Below, piece after piece: positions 62,533-64,000 of a stretch of DNA of 64,000 nt (within the stretch, counting starts at the first letter, position 1; the number at the start of each line of letters is the position of its first letter). The DNA comes from an uncultured Gemmatimonadaceae bacterium (GTDB lineage: Bacteria; Gemmatimonadota; Gemmatimonadetes; Gemmatimonadales; Gemmatimonadaceae). The DNA lies in contig CAWFQK010000002.1 in the NCBI GenBank assembly GCA_963817955.1, positions 704,001 through 768,000 on the forward strand. The letters run 5' to 3'. The notes beneath the pieces were generated by a model that did not search any database, was not told the origin of the DNA, and worked only from the letters and a program-made list of their open reading frames with translations. A program made the translations under genes and the position numbers.

Positions 62533-62580
62533 GCGAACAAGAAGGCGCTGGACAAACAACTAGACGGTGAACGCCAGTAG

Positions 62581-62629
62581 ATCAGGAAAAGGGCGGTGCG
62601 ACACAGAGTCGCACCGCCCTTTTCCTGAT
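62581..62629. terminator. bidirectional Rho-independent terminator
   Basis: atcaggaaaagggcggtgcgac-acaga-gtcgcaccgcccttttcctgat between convergent gcvH and gcvP. Confidence 0.85.
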
Positions 62630-62658
62630 TCATCGAGCCTCTAGCGCCTGATGAGCCG

Positions 62659-64000
62659 CTATTTCACCACGTCCACCCCGATCTCCGCATACGTATCAAC
62701 GGGCGGGCAGGAGCAGATCAGGTTGCGATCGCCGTACGCGCTCTCCACGCGGCCCACCATCGGCCAGAACTTGTGCGCGCGTGTCCAGTACGTCGGGAAG
62801 ACTGCCCGCTCGCGGCTGTAAGCGTGCTCCCAGTTATCCGATATGACACGGCTCATGGGGAATGGCGCGTGTTTGAGCACATTGTCCGCACGATCGGCGA
62901 GCCCCAGTTCGATCTCTCGGATCTCCTCACGGATGGCGATCAGCGCGTCACAGAACCGGTCGAGCTCTGCCTTCGATTCGCTCTCCGTTGGCTCGATCAT
63001 CAACGTGCCGGCCACAGGGAACGAAAGTGTGGGCGCGTGGAAGCCGTAGTCCATCAGGCGCTTGGAAATGTCCTCCGCCTCGACACCGGATGACGTCTTC
63101 ACCGGGCGTGGGTCCACGATGCACTCGTGAGCCACCGTCCCGTTCGTCCCCTTGTAGAGCACAGGGTAATGAGGATCCAGCCGCTTGGCGACGTAATTGG
63201 CATTCAGGATCGCCACCTTCGTCGCCAGTGTCAGCCCCTCGCTGCCCAACATGTCGATGTACATCATCGAGATCGGCAGAATGCTCGCGCTTCCCCAGGG
63301 TGCCGCCGATACAACGCCCGCGCTCTGCTTGCCGCCCACCGCCACCACCGGGTTCGTCGGCAGATGATCGACGAGATGTTTGGCCACGCCAATCGGCCCC
63401 ACACCCGGGCCACCACCACCATGCGGAATGGCGAAGGTCTTGTGCAAGTTCAGGTGGCAGACGTCGGCGCCAATGTCACCCGGGCGCGCCAGACCAACCA
63501 TCGCGTTCATGTTCGCGCCATCGAGATAGACCTGGCCGCCATACCGATGCACGATGCGGCAGATATCGGTGATCGCTTCCTCGAATACGCCATGCGTCGA
63601 GGGATATGTCACCATCAGCGCCGCCAACTTGTCGGCGTTGGCTTTCGCCTTCGCCTCGAGATCGGCGACGTCGATGTTGCCATGCTCGTCAGTCTCGACC
63701 ACCACCACCGTCATGCCCGCCATCACCGCGCTCGCCGGATTCGTACCGTGCGCCGAATGCGGGATGAGGCAGACATCGCGATGCGCATCGTCGTGGCACT
63801 CGTGATACTTGCGAATCACCAGCAGCCCGGTGTACTCGCCTTGCGATCCGGCGTTCGGCTGCAGCGATACCGCAGCGAAACCGGTGATTTCCGCCAGCGC
63901 GGTCTCGAGCCGCTTGAATAGCTCGTGATATCCCTTCGCCTGATCGACCGGCGCGAACGGATGAAGCTTGCCGAATTCCGGCCAGGACACCGGAAACATC
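62659..64000 (-). CDS. gcvP: glycine dehydrogenase P protein, C-terminal part (runs off the window)
   Basis: [53 protein letters not shown]. Confidence 0.96.
   Translation of the reverse strand, partial: MFPVSWPEFGKLHPFAPVDQAKGYHELFKRLETALAEITGFAAVSLQPNAGSQGEYTGLLVIRKYHECHDDAHRDVCLIPHSAHGTNPASAVMAGMTVVVVETDEHGNIDVADLEAKAKANADKLAALMVTYPSTHGVFEEAITDICRIVHRYGGQVYLDGANMNAMVGLARPGDIGADVCHLNLHKTFAIPHGGGGPGVGPIGVAKHLVDHLPTNPVVAVGGKQSAGVVSAAPWGSASILPISMMYIDMLGSEGLTLATKVAILNANYVAKRLDPHYPVLYKGTNGTVAHECIVDPRPVKTSSGVEAEDISKRLMDYGFHAPTLSFPVAGTLMIEPTESESKAELDRFCDALIAIREEIREIELGLADRADNVLKHAPFPMSRVISDNWEHAYSRERAVFPTYWTRAHKFWPMVGRVESAYGDRNLICSCPPVDTYAEIGVDVVK

Overview
GC-rich bacterial chromosomal window; the gene content resembles Gemmatimonadota (inference, not verified). 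Bases 1-5.4 kb hold a TerB-C / DUF2791-like P-loop ATPase (frameshifted) / Lhr-like helicase candidate defence locus. Bases 5.7-16.4 kb are accessory: an orphan duplicated ABC permease behind 28-bp tandem repeats, a DUF4173-like membrane protein, a helical hypothetical gene beside about 1.2 kb of degenerate 21-bp-periodic DNA, and two decayed toxin-antitoxin loci. The remainder is mostly core: NRAMP/MgtE-N, catDE-like, dcp, pdp, a DivK-like/diguanylate cyclase/GAF/ligA/V4R run, ParA, an acyl-CoA ligase, PTPS-SDR, a 6S-like RNA, a nurA-herA-mre11-rad50-like cluster, tdk, four minor pilins, folE, coaE, gcvH and gcvP. The most striking unexplained structure is a family of four dispersed palindromic elements. 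One carries an intact GxxExxY PD-(D/E)XK-type nuclease gene between ~90-bp inverted arms, and three are internally deleted at an identical breakpoint. Their arms differ between loci but match within each locus. This looks like a candidate nuclease-associated REPIN/MITE-like system. All family assignments come from motif recognition by eye; no searches were run.
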